Source of the DNA: a virus
Lineage: Duplodnaviria; Heunggongvirae; Uroviricota; Caudoviricetes
Length of the DNA stretch: 64,000 nucleotides
Strand: one strand, 5' to 3'
IMG/VR virus record: IMGVR_UViG_2585427593_000001
Location: 56,832-120,831 of that record
The stretch's first letter is position 1. Each line of letters starts with the position of its first letter. The notes under the pieces are model-generated. The model ran no database searches and was not told the origin of the DNA. It saw only the letters and a program-made list of their open reading frames with translations. Of this stretch, positions 62,974 to 64,000 are shown one piece after another. A program made the position numbers and the translations under genes.

Positions 62974-63004
62974 CCGCACGCCAAGTGCGTCAGCGCTAAA
63001 ACTC
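62974..63004 (+). promoter_or_regulatory. class-2 promoter-like element CCGCACGCCAA-N-GCGCTAAAACTCG
   Basis: Third copy, upstream of the last gene. Confidence 0.45.
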
Positions 63005-63038
63005 GTTCATCAACAATGACGCACACGAAAGGTCGAGC

Positions 63039-64000
63039 ATGTCCAACACTGATCGCGGTCAGGAATTCCTCAAGGAGCTCCGCAAGGATAAGATTGAGGT
63101 TATCACCGAAACCGGTGAATATCGCCACTTCAAGCTGAACGGCGTCGAGATGCTCGAGTTCCTCGAGGACGGCTACACTCTCGCCATGTTCAATGACGCC
63201 ATCTCGTCCACGCTCGGCTACCAGGCGCAGAGCCATCGCAACATCTACCGCCTGACGTTCCTGGCGACCTACGAAAAGAAGCTGTTCGACCGCATGAAGC
63301 GGGTTCAGAACCGCGTCGAGACCCATCCGTCCTACAAGGACACGATGGCAGTCGTCACTCTCCTGCGCGCAGCGGCCGAGCTGGTCGAGGAAGAACGGCG
63401 GAAGCGTTTTGACGACGGCGTTACGACCTTCGATGACCTGCCCTTCCTCTTTGCCGAGGACGAGCGCGTCACCTGGCTGAACCCCGACGAGATCCAGATC
63501 GCCGGCTACTACAAGAGCGCCGAAACCAAGCGCAGCTTCTTCGGCTCCTTCATGCAGTTCAACGTGGAAATGGTCGTTAAGATCAGTGAATCCATCTCGC
63601 GCGCCATGATCTCGGCGACCGTTCCGGAATTTGCGGGCACGGTCGAGATCGCCAAGCTGCCGATCACCAAGCTGGTTGCCGGTTCGCGGATCGAACGCGA
63701 ACTGATCGACCGGGGTCAGTTGTTTGCCTCGGTCGCTGCCGGCCACGCCTACGTCGAATATACCGGCACGATCGTTAAGCCGTCCTTTTGGTCCGACACC
63801 GTGGTTCGCGCCGATGGCCGTGTCATGATCGACCCGGCGTCGATGGGTCGTATCGACAGCGAAGGCTATGAAAAGGCCAAGAAGCGCGTCATGCAGCAGA
63901 AGGGCTACCGTGACGACGACGAGTCCGAGGTCAAGATCGAGACGGTCGATGAGAAGGATCTGTTTGCCTGCTCGCCTTACGTTCTCGGCTTCTCCTTCCG
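63039..64000 (+). CDS. hypothetical protein (3' partial, runs off the window)
   Basis: An open frame with phage codon bias starts at ATG 63039 with an RBS. It is absent from the track because there is no in-window stop. The track antisense ORF 62964..63746 is an artefact. Confidence 0.55.
   Translation, partial: MSNTDRGQEFLKELRKDKIEVITETGEYRHFKLNGVEMLEFLEDGYTLAMFNDAISSTLGYQAQSHRNIYRLTFLATYEKKLFDRMKRVQNRVETHPSYKDTMAVVTLLRAAAELVEEERRKRFDDGVTTFDDLPFLFAEDERVTWLNPDEIQIAGYYKSAETKRSFFGSFMQFNVEMVVKISESISRAMISATVPEFAGTVEIAKLPITKLVAGSRIERELIDRGQLFASVAAGHAYVEYTGTIVKPSFWSDTVVRADGRVMIDPASMGRIDSEGYEKAKKRVMQQKGYRDDDESEVKIETVDEKDLFACSPYVLGFSF

Noticed and set aside
62964-63746. A 260-aa minus-strand ORF at the right end of the window.
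   Set aside because: It is antisense to an open + strand frame starting at ATG 63039, which has an RBS, a class-2 promoter and phage codon bias and runs off the window.
1-64000. CRISPR arrays, integrase or attachment sites, and rRNA genes.
   Set aside because: There are no direct-repeat/spacer arrays, no tyrosine or serine recombinase motifs and no rRNA-like conserved blocks. The repeats present are promoter and hairpin elements with variable spacing and unique flanks.

Overview
The window is a 64 kb segment of a GC-rich (about 60%) tailed-phage genome, probably infecting a Rhizobiales or other alphaproteobacterial host. It is densely packed with + strand genes for DNA replication, recombination and nucleotide metabolism. 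The recognisable products are a DnaG-like primase C-terminus, ATP-dependent DNA ligase, CobT/CobS-like vWA and AAA+ pair, a phage sigma factor, a DnaE-type Pol III alpha carrying a degenerate family-4 UDG-like C-terminal domain, a gp32-like SSB candidate, a 5'-3' exonuclease/FEN, a RecA/UvsX-like recombinase, SbcCD, RuvC-like resolvase, class I RNR alpha/beta with glutaredoxin, ThyX, dUTPase, a dNMP-kinase-like P-loop protein, a DEDDh proofreading exonuclease, an HNH homing endonuclease, RtcB and an Rnl-like ligase, HD hydrolases including a small SpoT-like ppGpp hydrolase, the NadV plus NMNAT-Nudix NAD salvage pair, an SPFH protein and a beta-helix tail fibre. Three features stand out. About 20 copies of a phage-specific promoter, each followed by a conserved TAAGTAAG-N4-TTACTTAG hairpin that abuts the ribosome-binding site. 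A roughly 900-nt structured noncoding region containing an unusual type-II tRNA with a GCA (Cys) anticodon and U73. Proteome-wide short C-terminal motifs: a quarter of proteins end in Ala-Ala, several in FGAF, and three carry TGDLAAAI. Low-GC islands on the minus strand carry a RepC-like replication initiator with an RHH protein and an XRE regulator, and several secreted or cysteine-rich moron genes. A GHKL ATPase translationally coupled to a LuxR/sigma-region-4 HTH protein is a candidate uncharacterised system.
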